A program made the position numbers and the translations under genes. The notes under the pieces were generated by a model. The model searched no databases and was not told the origin of the DNA. It saw only the letters and a program-made list of their open reading frames with translations. A stretch of DNA of 64,000 nt. Source: Mytilus edulis. Its lineage: Eukaryota. The DNA is taken from assembly GCF_963676685.1 (NCBI RefSeq), contig NC_092350.1, positions 44,764,001-44,828,000 of the forward strand. Reading direction: 5' to 3'. Shown here in pieces: positions 1 through 13,005 of the stretch (positions are counted from its first letter, which is position 1; each line of letters begins with the position of its first letter).

Positions 1-1879
1 ATTCCACAAGAATTAAGCAAACAAAAGGACAATTTGTCCGGAAAAACACTTTATTTTGTAAATATCTTAAAAGTAAATACCGATCGTATTCCGTAAGTTT
101 TGACTTGATGCGTCATATAAATCTGACAGAATGTCTGTAGGTTTATCTGCAGGAAAAGTAACGAAAACAAAACAAATGATAAAATGTTATTGATTTAAAC
201 TTTCTTAAACCAACCTTAATAAGTGTCTAGATGATTAAAAGATTGATCTTAAAACAAACACAATGTATTCCGACCTTAAAAGTTTCATGACTAGGATGGA
301 TACCTGACAGCCTGAGAGACCATACCCCCAGCGCATACTTATATATGAAGAATGTACGCTGCAATGAGGTTGACTCACCTTCTGATATATACGTCTTTTA
401 ACTTGAGAGATAAGAAAGCCATAGTGACGTTTTTGTATTTGAATAAATGTAATTTATGAATTACTGGTAAATCATTTAGTCAAGCGTAAGTTTGCCATTT
501 AATAAACGAGATGCACGGGGTATTTTTGTGTTCGGGATAAAAAGTGTACCTCAAAATCAATTTTTATTATTTAAACGATCTTTACGGGCATCCTACCGAA
601 TTTTAAGGAAATGGAATTATTTGTATAAGTTGACAAAGATTTTAGAAGGCAGTCTTGAAAATATACATTCATCAGGTTCCATGAACGCGACACGAGAACC
701 ATGGTCATAAACGTATCAATCAAGTGTTCACAAAATGCTACTACAGCTTTTACATTTTACTAAAACTAAGTTTGCAAAAGCCTTAAGCTTGACATGAACA
801 TAAACAGATATATGGTATGATTGCCAATGAAACAACTGTACATCAGAGTCCAAATGACGTACAATGTAGGTGTTGATATTAGTAAGTTTGGTTCATAACT
901 TTTATGCTTACGTGCGAATGTTCACGTGTGTTGCACTTTGCATAAATAATGGAGAAAATCCAGTAGAGCCGATTTTATTTAACAAACTTAGATATTCTTT
1001 GGTGCTGTTGAATTTTGTGCTATCTCATAATCGCATTCCCCATATCTCCATTTCTACATGAAATTCTTTGGTTCTATAAATATGAATACTATACTAAAAT
1101 TACGATATTTTTGCCGTGCATATTCTTTGTATTTAACCGATCATTCGAGATTAATTTTATTAGATACCCACACACTACACACAGCGAAGATCTTACATTA
1201 CAGGTCTCACGTATTCCAACAGATTGTTAGCCTTTTGTAGCGTGCAACGGTCTTAATTTGGCATTTCAGGTATCATTTTTTTTTCTCAGTTTTTACAATA
1301 TCGGCTTCTTCTAGTATGGCGTTATTTAGAACTGCATGAAAATTATATAATTTGTGTCATTTCTTATTTGATTTGATTATGTCTCTAAAGTGGTTTTAAA
1401 TGTTGTTTGAAAAAATATTCAAGCGTTTGATAAATTGACGGATGGCACACATTTCTAAACCCACATGTATTTTTGTAATACCTTTATGTGGTGTGCTCGA
1501 GACCGAAAGATTGGAAAGAAAAAAGTACCTTGGAATCATTTAGTACAGCAAAATCATTTAAGGCTTTAGTTGATAAACTTAGAAATTATCAAGAAACTAA
1601 GATTCTAACTCCCTTGAAAAAAGTTGACCTTTGATGGATTTTGGATATTATTTGTTGTCCCTTTTAGCCATATAATTTTTCAACTAGCCTTTTTGTGTTT
1701 TAACGTTCCCGATTAAGGTAAACACAGAAGAGCTTCTCTGACACAACAAAGTTATACAGTTTGATATTCATTTGAAAAAAAAAAATTATAAAAATCTGAA
1801 AAAATAAAAAATTGTGGTATAATTGCTTAAATGACAACACTACTTAAATATACACCAGAGACCAAATGAGATATAATTT

Positions 1880-2067
1880 AACAGCTATAGGTCACCGTAC
1901 AGCCTTCAACGATAAGCAAAATCCATACCGCATAGTCAGCTATAAAATGTGCCAAAATGACTAATGCAAATGAGAAAAGTAACAGCATGTTGTATGTACA
2001 AAACAATGAACGGAAAACAAATACAATATACAGCAACAAACGACTACCAATACCACGTGACCAATAC
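1880..2067 (-). mobile_element. Dispersed SINE-like/non-autonomous repeat that hosts the 42-bp array; near-identical copy at ~3525-3705
   Basis: 'cagctataggtcaccgta...gcaacaaacgactaccaataccacgtg' occurs at 1882 and 3526. Related copies lie at ~11975-12090 and, in the opposite orientation, at 31460-31757. Confidence 0.6.
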
Positions 2068-4645
2068 ATTACAGACTTCTGACTTTGGACAGACAAACGA
2101 CTACCAATACATTACAGACTTCTGACTTTGGACAGACAAGCGACTACCAATACATTACAGACTTCTGACTTTGGACAGACAAACGACTACCAATACATTA
2201 CAGACTTCTGACTTTGGACAGACAAACGACTACCAATACATTACAGACTTCTGACTTTGGACAGACAAACGACTACCAATACATTACAGACTTCTGACTT
2301 TGGACAGACAAACGACTACCAATACATTACAGACATCTGACTTTGGACAGACAAACGACTACCAAAACATTACAGACTTCTGACTTTGGACAGACACGTA
2401 CACGACTACCAATACATTACAGACTTCTGACTTTGAACATACAAACGACTACCAATACATTACAGACTTCTGACTTTGGACAGACAAACGACTACCAATA
2501 CATTACAGACTTATGACTATGGACAGACACACGACTACCAATACATTACAAACTTCTGACTTTGAACATACAAACGACTACCAATACATTACAGACTTCT
2601 GACTTTGGACAGACAAACGACTACCAAAACATTACAGACTTCTGACTTTGGACAGACAAACGACTACCAATACATTACAGACTGCTGACTTTGGACAGAC
2701 ACACGACTACCAATACATTACAGACTTCTGACTTTGGACAGACACGTACACGACTACCAATACATTACAGACTTCTGACTTTGGACAGACAAACGACTAC
2801 CAATACATTACAGACTTCTGACTTTGGACAGACAAACGACTACCAAAACATTACAGACTTCTGACTTTGGACAGACAAACGACTACCAAAACATTACAGA
2901 CTTCTGACTTTGGACATACAAACGACTACCAATACATTACAGACTTCTGACTTTGGACAGACACACGACTACCAATACATTACAGACTTCTGACTTTGGA
3001 CAGACACGTACACGACTACCAATACATTACAGACTTCTGACTTTGGACAGACAAACGACTACCAATACATTACAGACTTCTGACTTTGGACAGACAAACG
3101 ACTACCAATACATTACAGACTTCTGACTTTGGACAGACAAACGACTACCAATACATTACAGACTTCTGACTTTGGACAGACAAACGACTACCAATACATT
3201 ACAGACTTCTGACTTTGGACAGACAAACGACTACCAATACATTACAGACTTCTGACTTTGGACAGACACACGACTACCAATACATTACAGACTTCTGACT
3301 TTGGACAGACACACGACTACCAATACATTACAGACATCTGACTTTGGACAGACAAACGACTACCAAAACATTACAGACTTCTGACTTTGGACAGACAAAC
3401 GACTACCAAAACATTACAGACTTCTGACTTTGGACAGACAAACGACTACCAATACATTACAGACTACTGACTTTGGACAGACAAACGACTACCAATACAT
3501 TACAGACTTCTGACTTTGGACAGACAGCTATAGGTCACCGTAAGGCCTTCAACGATAAGCAAAATCCATACCGCCTAGTCAGCTATAAAATGTGCCAAAA
3601 TGACAAATGCAAATGAGAAAAGTAACAGCATGTTATATGTACAAAACAATGAACGGAAAACAAATACAATATACAGCAACAAACGACTACCAATACCACG
3701 TGACCAATACATTACAGACTTCTGACTTTGGACAGACACACGACTACCAATACATTACAGACTTCTGACTTTGGACAGACAAACGACTACCAAGACATTA
3801 CAGACTTCTGACTTTGGATAGACACACGACTATCAATACATTACAGACATCTGACTTTGGACAGACAAACGACTACCAATACATTACAGACTTCTGACTT
3901 TGGACAGACAAACGACTACCAAAACATTACAGACTTCTGACTTTGGACAGACACACGACTACCAATACATTACAGACTTCTGACTTTGAACATACAAACG
4001 ACTACCAATACATTACAGACTTCTGACTTTGGACAGACAAACGACTACCAATACATTACAGACTTCTGACTTTGGACAGACACACGACTACCAATACATT
4101 ACAGACTTCTGACTTTGGAAAGACAAACGACTACCAAAACATTACAGACTTCTGACTTTGGACAGACAAACGACTACCAAAACATTACAGACTTCTGACT
4201 TTGGACAGACACACGACTACCAATACATTACAGACTTCTGACTTTGAACATACAAACGACTACCAATACATTACAGACTTCTGACTTTGGACAGACAAAC
4301 GACTACCAATACATTACAGACTTCTGACTTTGGACAGACAAACGACTACCAATACATTACAGACTTCTGACTTTGGACAGACAAGCGACTACCAATACAT
4401 TACAGACTTCTGACTTTGGACAGACAAACGACTACCAATACATTACAGACTTCTGACTTTGGACAGACAAACGACTACCAATACATTACAGACTTCTGAC
4501 TTTGGACAGACACACGACTACCAATACATTACAGACTTCTGACTTTGGACAGACACACGACTACCAATACATTACAGACTTCTGACTCTGGTCAGACACA
4601 CGATTACCAATACATTACAGACTCCTGACTTTGGACAGACACACA
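2068..4645. repeat. 42-bp tandem repeat (AACGACTACCAATACATTACAGACTTCTGACTTTGGACAGAC)n in two blocks (~2068-3524 and ~3705-4645)
   Basis: Directly visible 42-bp period with high identity. Occasional 46-bp variants carry an extra CGTA. The blocks are separated by a re-copy of the upstream flank. Confidence 0.97.
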
Positions 4646-4937
4646 CAGAATGAGGCGGGGTTAATCATGTTTGCTGGCGACGACCCTTGGACAGTGGTGT
4701 AACGATATAAAATAAGAAGAAACTATAAACATCACTGAAAAAGTTTTGACTCATCAGATCGATACAAATGGAGGAGTGCCCGGCGAAAACCACCGTACTT
4801 CGACAGGAATACTTATATTACTACTGCATTAAGACTGGAGTCAAACGCACATGCTACGTGAGCATGCCACTTGAGGGGCACGAACTGAAAACCAATCCTC
4901 AGTGTTGAAAGGCTAGTGATGTAAAAACAGACTAATC

Positions 4938-5097
4938 AAAACTGAGAATGGAAATGGGGAATGTGTCGAAGAGACAACAAACCGACAAAAAGCAGATAAC
5001 AGCTGAATGCCACCACAGCCAAAATATACAGCATCCGGAGGCGGTCTTCAGATAAAACCGTGTACTAGTTCATTGAAAATTGACGTCATACTAAACT
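4938..5097 (-). mobile_element. Degenerate solo copy of the 3' terminal segment of the Penelope-like element
   Basis: 'gagaatggaaatggggaatgtgtc.aagagacaacaa' matches 48361-48540. Confidence 0.7.
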
Positions 5098-5479
5098 TAG
5101 ACCACTTTGCCATCGTGTCCCCTCAAGAAGGATAATTTGAAAGTAAATGAAATGGGGGACCGTTGAGTGGGAAAATTTCGCAAATGTGAATTAAACAATT
5201 TCGACATATAAGAGAGGATAAAATATGCCTTGTAAAACATAAAACCTGTGTAAACCTAAACACTTAAATATAGGTTTTTTGAAGGTTATGACTCAATATT
5301 TGACACTTCTTCATTAAATAAACCGTTCAAATTTAAACGTATGCGATTCAACAATAAACAGCAATGTTTAGTTCTTTCAGTAGAAGATAAAAATATTTAC
5401 CTCTACATAATAACACAATCAAGTAGAATATAAAACTTCTATAAAAGATATTTTAAAGTGTGAAAGCCCTTTCATCAGG

Positions 5480-5686
5480 TACTGTAAATTCTGAAATTAT
5501 TACGTGCATTTATTATTGCCATTTTATCTTTAAGACTTGAACGCGATTTTAATTTTTACGATTTTGAAAAAATCCTGTTAAATGCATATAAAATATTTCA
5601 ATATGCGAGTTTAAATTATTGCGTTTACAACTCTGTCCCATTTTTCGCAATAATAAAAACCTCGCAATAATTTCTAAATTTACACG
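5480..5686. mobile_element. MITE with imperfect terminal inverted repeats
   Basis: 'tgtaaattctgaaattatt...' pairs with '...aataatttctaaatttaca'; no coding capacity. Confidence 0.55.
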
Positions 5687-7547
5687 AATTTCACCAACGA
5701 AGGTTACCGAACAGTGCAACAATGTCATAAGGTCGCATGCTTTGCCTTTTCAAACGACCTTTATAAAGTACAAAAATAGCTTCTGAATTTAATAACTCTC
5801 CACATGTCATTATAAGATGCTTTTAAGATCGAAACAATATTACTAAATCGACACTTATTGCGGAAATATAAGATTGACATTTTAAAGTATTAGGTATAAG
5901 TTCTGATTTCCTCCTATTACTGTGTCATTATGCCAAATATTTCATTTAAACGTATATGGTGTCAAGAAAGTAGTACAATATCTCTTTATACATATATTTT
6001 TATGGGTTGCAGACAAAAAAAGAAATGCAAATGAACTAAGATATTGAACAACAGTAGATTTAAATAGTACTTTTGAAAAAAAAAATGTGGAGTTAAAACC
6101 ATTTGCGGATACAGGGGGGTGTCTGGGTTTGAACCTCCTTTTTTAACGATCAATGCTTTTGAATGGGGACATATGGTTGCCTAAAATCTTGATTTAAAAA
6201 CAAAACCCAAATTTTGGTAATTTAGTGCATTACAACTTCTTTACTCAGAAAATGACAACTTACAAGTTAACCGTGAAAAGTTAGATATACAAGTACTATT
6301 TACATTCAATGTTTAAAAGGGCACTTGTCTCCGGGTTTCTCATAAGATACCCCTTCAAAGTAGGCCAACCGTAAATAAATTCGTCTTCTCACAGCAAAAT
6401 GGTAAAAATGCTTTAAAACTGTATCTAAAAACTGTGAGTTTGGTACATTGTCTTGTATTATATTAAGGTGCATTTGATTTTTTTTTCTGAGACAAGTGAC
6501 AGTGGATATTCGTTCCAAGACATTTACGCAAAGAGTGTTTGATAGTTCAACGAAACGAACTGAAATATTGTTTAATATTCTGGTTATGGTCAGCTGAAAC
6601 TACTGTTCGAAAGTTAACCTTTCCAGCACTTGCCACCTACACTTAAGGACTACAACAAATTATCTTGAATAGAAGGAAATAATTTTCAATTTGATTTGGC
6701 TGTACTTACAGAGGTTGTCAAATTAGGTCGTATGATGTTCTTATTACTTTATTTATCAAGTTGTTTAATACATCCTGTCATTCAATGTATAAAGGAATTT
6801 AAAATTCTGTTTTGGTAACTTTGCGGGTAACGTATCATATTTCATACTATTAAGTGCAACATTACTTTAATCTATTATTTCATCTACAAATGTTTTGACT
6901 TGCAATTGGCTAAATTATTTGGCCACCTAATAAAGTTAAAGGCTGTTTGGGAGTAAAAGTGTTATTTCTTAAATATGTGGTCTGTAAATTTGATATGATG
7001 ATTTAAATCCATTTCTTTTTAATAACAAGAATTTTAAAAGTAATTGATAAGCAAATTTTGTTTACAATTATATTTTTTTTAAAGCTATGATTCCATTGAT
7101 TTGGTGAATTTAGACATTTTGGAGAAGAGTAGGTATTGTGATGCTATAGATTTTTGTCAAGATGCATTGCCAATGCATGTCTCAAGCGTTTTTATTAGAT
7201 GAAAAGTTGTGCTAAGAGTAAATTTGGTGACGAATTTCATTCCTTACTTCAATGTTCCATTTTTTGTGACAAGACATAACGTTTTTATGTAAAACAATTT
7301 GACCGTAAACATTTAATTAAGATTGAAATATATTTAGTCACTCTGCTAATATCGTAACAATGGGGGTTTTGTCAGCAAAATTGTTGTTTTTTTATTTATT
7401 GATTCACGCAAGACGAAGTGCTTTTATGCCTACTTTTCAGAAAAATGACACTTATAAATGCTGCAAAAACAATTATCAAACTCCTATTTTGTTTGTAAAA
7501 AAACAACTTTGACCATATTGCTTTGTTCACCTGTGTTTCTTACGTCA

Positions 7548-7860
7548 CGGGACGTTTGCGCTTTTTCGTAGGACACTTGCGCTTTTTATTTTTGGACACT
7601 TGCTCTTCAAATCATAGGACATCTGCGCTTTTAAAAAAAGGACATTTGCGCTTATTACATAGGACATTTGCGCTTTTGAAATATTTGGTTTTTATGACTT
7701 CCTTCCTCTTTTATACGGGCTTGGGACCGGCAGGTTTGACCTGGCAGAGTAAAAGTCATATTTTGTTATATGGTGGTTAAAAGTTTAAAATATCTTTTCA
7801 TAGTACATTTCAAAGCACATTCAGGTTATAGTTATAAATCAAAAGCGCAAATGTCCATAG
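7548..7860. repeat. Cluster of GGACA(T/C)TTGCGCTT motifs with one inverted copy, probably subterminal repeats of a decayed DNA transposon
   Basis: About 6 direct copies at 7550-7677 and the inverted 'aagcgcaaatgtcc' at ~7843. Confidence 0.5.
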
Positions 7861-8518
7861 TATTTGAAGTGAAAATGCTGTCATCATAACATGAATGCAG
7901 TTAAAATTCTCATAGTTTGCACAATCTATTTTCATTATAGTATTTTATTTATCATGGATAAATTTCCTTTAAAAAATGGAGGCTTTTTAATATGTATATA
8001 TACGTATTTAGCTTATGAATGAAATACTGGACCATTAGTATGGTGAGGAATCCTTATTTGAATGCTTTCTAAACTATAGATACGAAATAAAGTATCTATA
8101 TAAAAATTATATATTGAGCTTTGTTGCACCCTTTTGCAATTTGATAAATGACTTTTTCCGACCTTTTAATGAGATGTGTTAGACACGGTAGTATAAAACG
8201 TTATTTGACTTACAAACAGAAATGTTCCTAATAGTTTTGTGTAAAGCACTGTTTCGTTTGACAAGGAAGAGAGTAATTAAACTTGATTTCAATGTTGAGA
8301 ATTATGCCAAGATTACGTTAATGAGGAAACTCACACCCTTTACAGATTACATTTAATTAAAGTGGTCGCTTGAAATTGATTTTCTCAAGTGGGTTGAATG
8401 TACCATTTTGTACTTAATAGAAATTCCAACGTATATATTTACGTTGATCGGCTTCCTCGTGTAGACCGTTATTTATGACGTACGTGACATTTGTCATTTG
8501 GCGTTATGTGATGTCAAA

Positions 8519-8627
8519 TAGCTATCCAAACTCCGAAACAGTGGTGACGTTGCTTCGCTTAACTATCATAAAGTCAACGTAGCGTAGCAAAGAGGACATA
8601 ACCGCTGTTTCGGAGTTCGAGAGCTAT
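8519..8627. mobile_element. Small foldback/MITE (~110 bp)
   Basis: 'tagctatccaaactccgaaacagtggt' pairs with 'accgctgtttcggagttcgagagcta'. Confidence 0.55.
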
Positions 8628-10190
8628 CACTACTAGAGCTGACATTGATAGGCTTCGTCCACAATTAAGTTATGTACTTACAAAAAAAAAACTTTTCCAA
8701 TAATAATAATTCATGGATTTATTAATAGTTGGTTACTTCATATTGATTATTGAATTATCGAGTTTCATATGTTCTAATGAAGGAATTTACCTCATCGATA
8801 TGAAGTGTAATTTTTAATAATAGTGTATAGAGTACTTACTCTCATGTTTTAGTTCAAGTTCAAGTTCAACTTGTAATTTGTTAGATTCTTTCAAAGTATA
8901 ATGGTTAGATATATATATGAAATAGAGTTGTTTCAGGCTAGCCGGGTTAGGTGGACCATGTGTTTTATGTGTTCCTAGATAGATCAGCGAAAGTTTTTTT
9001 TTAAGTGCGGGTTGGGTGGACCGTGTCTTTATTGTTCTTATTTGTTATTGTTTTTTCTTTGTCTTTGTTTGTTTGTGTTCCTTTGTATGTCTAATTCTTC
9101 GTTAGATTTAGATACTGTAGGTTGATATGGTATATTGTACTGTGCAAAATTTTTGGCACTTCCTTTTAACCTTGATTGTATTGCATTCTTTTCATTTCAG
9201 AAAAGATGAATGACCACTGGTACAAAAAAAAGTATTTAGTATTAAACACGGGTTTTAGATTTAAGCTAGGCCTATGTATGCAATGATATACATCAGTATA
9301 ATTGCTAACAGAGGTGATGAATGAATTGCTCATTATGTTTAACTAAAATTGTTTAAATGATTTTTATGGTATGAGAAGAAAGTCAAAATTATTTATGATT
9401 TATTGGAAATGTTCATTTGTTTAAATAATATTCTATATGTTTCGAAGTTTATCACTAACAGATATTTCCTGTCAAAACATGATGTTGATTAAATTCTATT
9501 GTTTCATATGAACATATTCGGATTTTATGAGTTTTTAGAAGAAAAATAGGAAAAGTATTATTGCTTTTTTGATAGATATCACTCATCTTGTTACTTTTTG
9601 TTAATATCGTCTTGTTGCGCTGGCAGTTAAAAATGTGCACTGTTCCATGTATTTAATTTCAAATAAAATAATAGCAGAAATTTTAGTCAATTTTTTTCAA
9701 CTTTATTCTTCAAGAAGTAAATAGACTGCCTTTTTTAAATTTAATTTTCTATTCTCCAAAGTTTTGTTCGAATGTTTTACAATTATTGACAAACATTCTT
9801 GTCAAGGTAGATTAACACGTTGGACATCATATCATTGCGAAAGTCTGGACGTTACAGTTATGTATTGATAAATTTATTTTATCTTAAATTGTGTTTGCAT
9901 ATTTAGGAATATTTGAAGACAAACAAAATGACACAAAGATAAATCAAGTTTGGATTTTAATATTGACACTTGACTTCATACCAGTCTGCTGATTTAATTG
10001 ATGTAGCAAATTTAAATCCATATCATTTTAAAGTAATTTTAATTAACTGAGAACTAAAAATAAAATGCCTGTAATAATATAAATAATTGAAATTGCCACC
10101 AAACTCATTTTTTTCAATTAAAATAATTGGAATATCGTAATGTGCTGACTTTTAGCTAAATCAGTGGCATTGTTCAATATTTTTGAATCT

Positions 10191-10385
10191 AAAATTGAGA
10201 ATGGAAAAGGGGAATGTGCCAAAGAGACAACAACCCGACCATAGAACAGACAACAGCAGAAGGTCACCAACAGGTCTTCAATGCAGCGAGAAATTCCCAC
10301 ACCCGGAGGCGTCCTTCAACTGGCCCCTACACAAATATATACTAATTCAGTGATAATGAACGCCATACTAAACCCCGAAATGTAT
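10191..10385 (-). mobile_element. Solo 3' terminal segment of the Penelope-like element
   Basis: High similarity to 48361-48550. Confidence 0.8.
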
Positions 10386-10567
10386 ACTCTTGTATTTTAT
10401 AAGTTGTCAAAAAAGCGGTACACAACAAAGACAGAAGGCAAAGACAGGGAACAAAGAAGGGATACTAAAACTCACAAGTCGAAAAGAAACTGACTAAGTC
10501 ATGTCGAAAAAACGAAAAACGACGAATGGTAAAATTGGTATAAAATGGTTTTTGGATATTCGTGTTA

Positions 10568-10834
10568 CAGCAGATTTCAGTCAGTATGTAGCTATTGGTA
10601 ATATCTTTGGTTAGCTTGCTTGTTAGCTGAACCGTGAAGTCATTGTTAGGTAAGGTAAACTTCCCTCCTTAAATAGTAGACTAGCCCAACAGATAAAAAA
10701 TCTATCTCTCTGTAGGACTAAGCTACTTTAAAAGGAGGGTAGTATACCTTACCTAACAATGACTTCACGGTTCAGCTAACAAGCAAGCTAACCAAAGATA
10801 TTACCATTAGCTACATACTGACTGAAATCTGCTG
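10568..10834. mobile_element. Palindromic MITE (Tc1/mariner-type), ~100-bp near-perfect TIRs, TA target-site duplication
   Basis: TA|CAGCAGATTTCAGTCAGTATG...CATACTGACTGAAATCTGCTG|TA; essentially the whole element folds back on itself. Confidence 0.85.
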
Positions 10835-11178
10835 TAAATCCAATTGTGTCTTTAAGATTAAGCTGTCCATTTTTAGGAATATTTATAAATTTCATTAGTG
10901 TTTACCTGAATCGCAGTAACCACTAATTTAAAACAGGACACGTTTACTACAAACTTATAACCCAATTAGAGTAAAATCACTTTACTTAAACGTCAATTAA
11001 ACCACACTTATAGTATTGTATGTGTTACGATTGAAATACTGAAGCTAATAGTGATATACATTATATAAATTAATGAACAATCATTTCAAAAATCACATAG
11101 AAAGCAACTTATCGAAAGTTATAGCCAGTGCTACAAACCCGATATTTTTTTTTCTAAAGTACCTCTCTATCTTGCGTC

Positions 11179-11476
11179 TGACGTGACATGTCGGACAGTT
11201 TTAAACAATTATGCCATATTTGTTGTCACGTAAATGGGCGAAGCAGTTCATTTAGGACAGTTGGCTCTCACTTTTTTTTACAAACTTCAGACACTGTATT
11301 TGATTGGTCACTTGAAGTTTACATCGCCTCCATTCGTGGTATTGCTAATGTTCCCATTGCGTCACGAATTAAATAGAAAAAAATCTATAAATATTGAAAA
11401 ATCTAAATTAATCGTTCACTTACTTCTGAACTTGGATCTACTAAGAAAGACTAATTCTTTTCCTGAAAAGGTAGGA
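11179..11476 (+). promoter_or_regulatory. Candidate Pol II promoter and non-coding first exon (~11418-11470), possibly of the neuropeptide gene
   Basis: CRE-like TGACGTGA (11179), GTCACGTA (11225) and TTGCGTCA (11357); ATTGG (11303); TATAAATA (11386); Inr-like TCACTT ~31 nt later; donor AAG|GTAGGA at 11471. The first coding exon starts at an acceptor, so an upstream exon must exist. Confidence 0.45.
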
Positions 11477-12789
11477 TTTTTATAACAATTTAACTTTCTA
11501 GTATTAAATCGTTTTTTTATACGATATTGAGTTTTAGCATTTAGCAGCATTTAATAATGGAAATGAATATAACAAAAATATAGTTTTGCTGGTGTCACAA
11601 TAATTAATGACTGTTGTTCTTTATGATTTTATAGTGCAGTGGCATGCTTGAGCATTGTCACATATCAATCATTACATATTGATATAATATAAAGTTTACC
11701 GTATATGATATAAACGTAGTAATATTTCTAAAATGAGAGTTAAAAGCGCTGTTCCTTTTCCTTTTTTTATATGTGTTAACAGTTTTTTGCTGTGCATATT
11801 CTGATTTTGTGTAATGAATGGTTACTTCATATCCTTTGTTTTTGTATAACTTTAGAATCTTTGTTTTTTTAAATGTGTACTTTGAAAATGCATAAGCATT
11901 ATTATTTAGATATATTTTTTGATCAAATGACTATTTGCTTTTCGTCTATTGGAAGATATGCCATATTGCTAAGATGTGTTATGATTGCCTATGAGACAAA
12001 TTTTGACTCAGAAATTAACAACTATAAGTCACTGTACGGCCTTCAACAATGAGTAAATAACATACCACATTGTCAGCTATGAAAGCCCTATTTAGAACGA
12101 GATAAAAATTAAGAACAGGTATGTTTTTTCTCGGTAGGGTAAGGCAAAAGAGATGATGACGGTAAATTTTGATTGTTACTGTTTAAAAAGTGTGTGTTAG
12201 CTCTATACCCCAGTCATCTTGTGTTTTTTTTTCATTCCTGAATCAGTCGTAAATATCAAATTTTATTAATAACAGAAATTTAAAAAATTTTCTAACATTT
12301 CAAACAAAATTGCAAAAATTATTAACTTAGTATTTACAATGAATATTAATTCACGTATTAAATCAGATTTGTCAAATTTTACCAAATTTTGGACACTTCC
12401 TTTAAATTTTTAAGTTTTGCTAAATCAAATAAAATGGATACTTGATAGACATATAAAATAGCAAAGGTTCGACCAAATATCAATGCAATAAAATATGAAT
12501 GAGTAAATATGAAAATTTGACAGACATATTTGTTAATAAAACATCTATACACGTTCAATTGTCAATAGGTTTGGAAAAAGAATTAATTCTAAAATGGAGT
12601 TTTCAATGAATTATAAAACGTTTTCAGAATATAGAACATCAAAAAGTTAAGTGTCAGGCGACCAGGAAACAACATAACGTCTACCAATTATATTGGAAAA
12701 CAAAAATCTTCTATTGTTATAGTTTAAAGATGGTGATAATTTGATTTGACAGCAGTATTTATTCATCTAAAACGGACCTTCAATTGTAT

Positions 12790-12903
12790 GTCTATGCAGC
12801 TTAAATTGTACTTTTACATCTATGCAGCTTAAATTGTACTTTTACATCTAAGCAGCGTCAATTGTACTTTTACTTCTATGCAGCGTCAATTGTACTTTTA
12901 CTT
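12790..12903. repeat. 28-bp tandem repeat, ~4 copies
   Basis: TCTATGCAGC(TTAA/GTCA)ATTGTACTTTTAC(A/T) repeated. Confidence 0.85.
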
Positions 12904-12958
12904 CCTTTGGATTTGTAGTCTAGTTATAGTTATCAAAGGTACCAGGATTATAATTTAG

Positions 12959-13005
12959 TACGTAAGACGCGCGTTTCGTCTACATAAGACTCATCAGTGA
13001 CGCTC
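12959..13005 (-). ncRNA. Minimal type I hammerhead ribozyme in a dispersed repeat (retrozyme/Penelope-like terminal repeat)
   Basis: The minus strand reads GCGTCA-CTGATGA-GTCT TATGT AGAC-GAAAC-GCGC-GTC: intact catalytic core, stem II, palindromic minimal stem III and a GUC cleavage triplet. Confidence 0.75.

Noticed and set aside
2068-4645. CRISPR-like appearance of the regular repeat array
   Set aside because: Units are contiguous with no unique spacers, there are no cas genes, and the context is eukaryotic.
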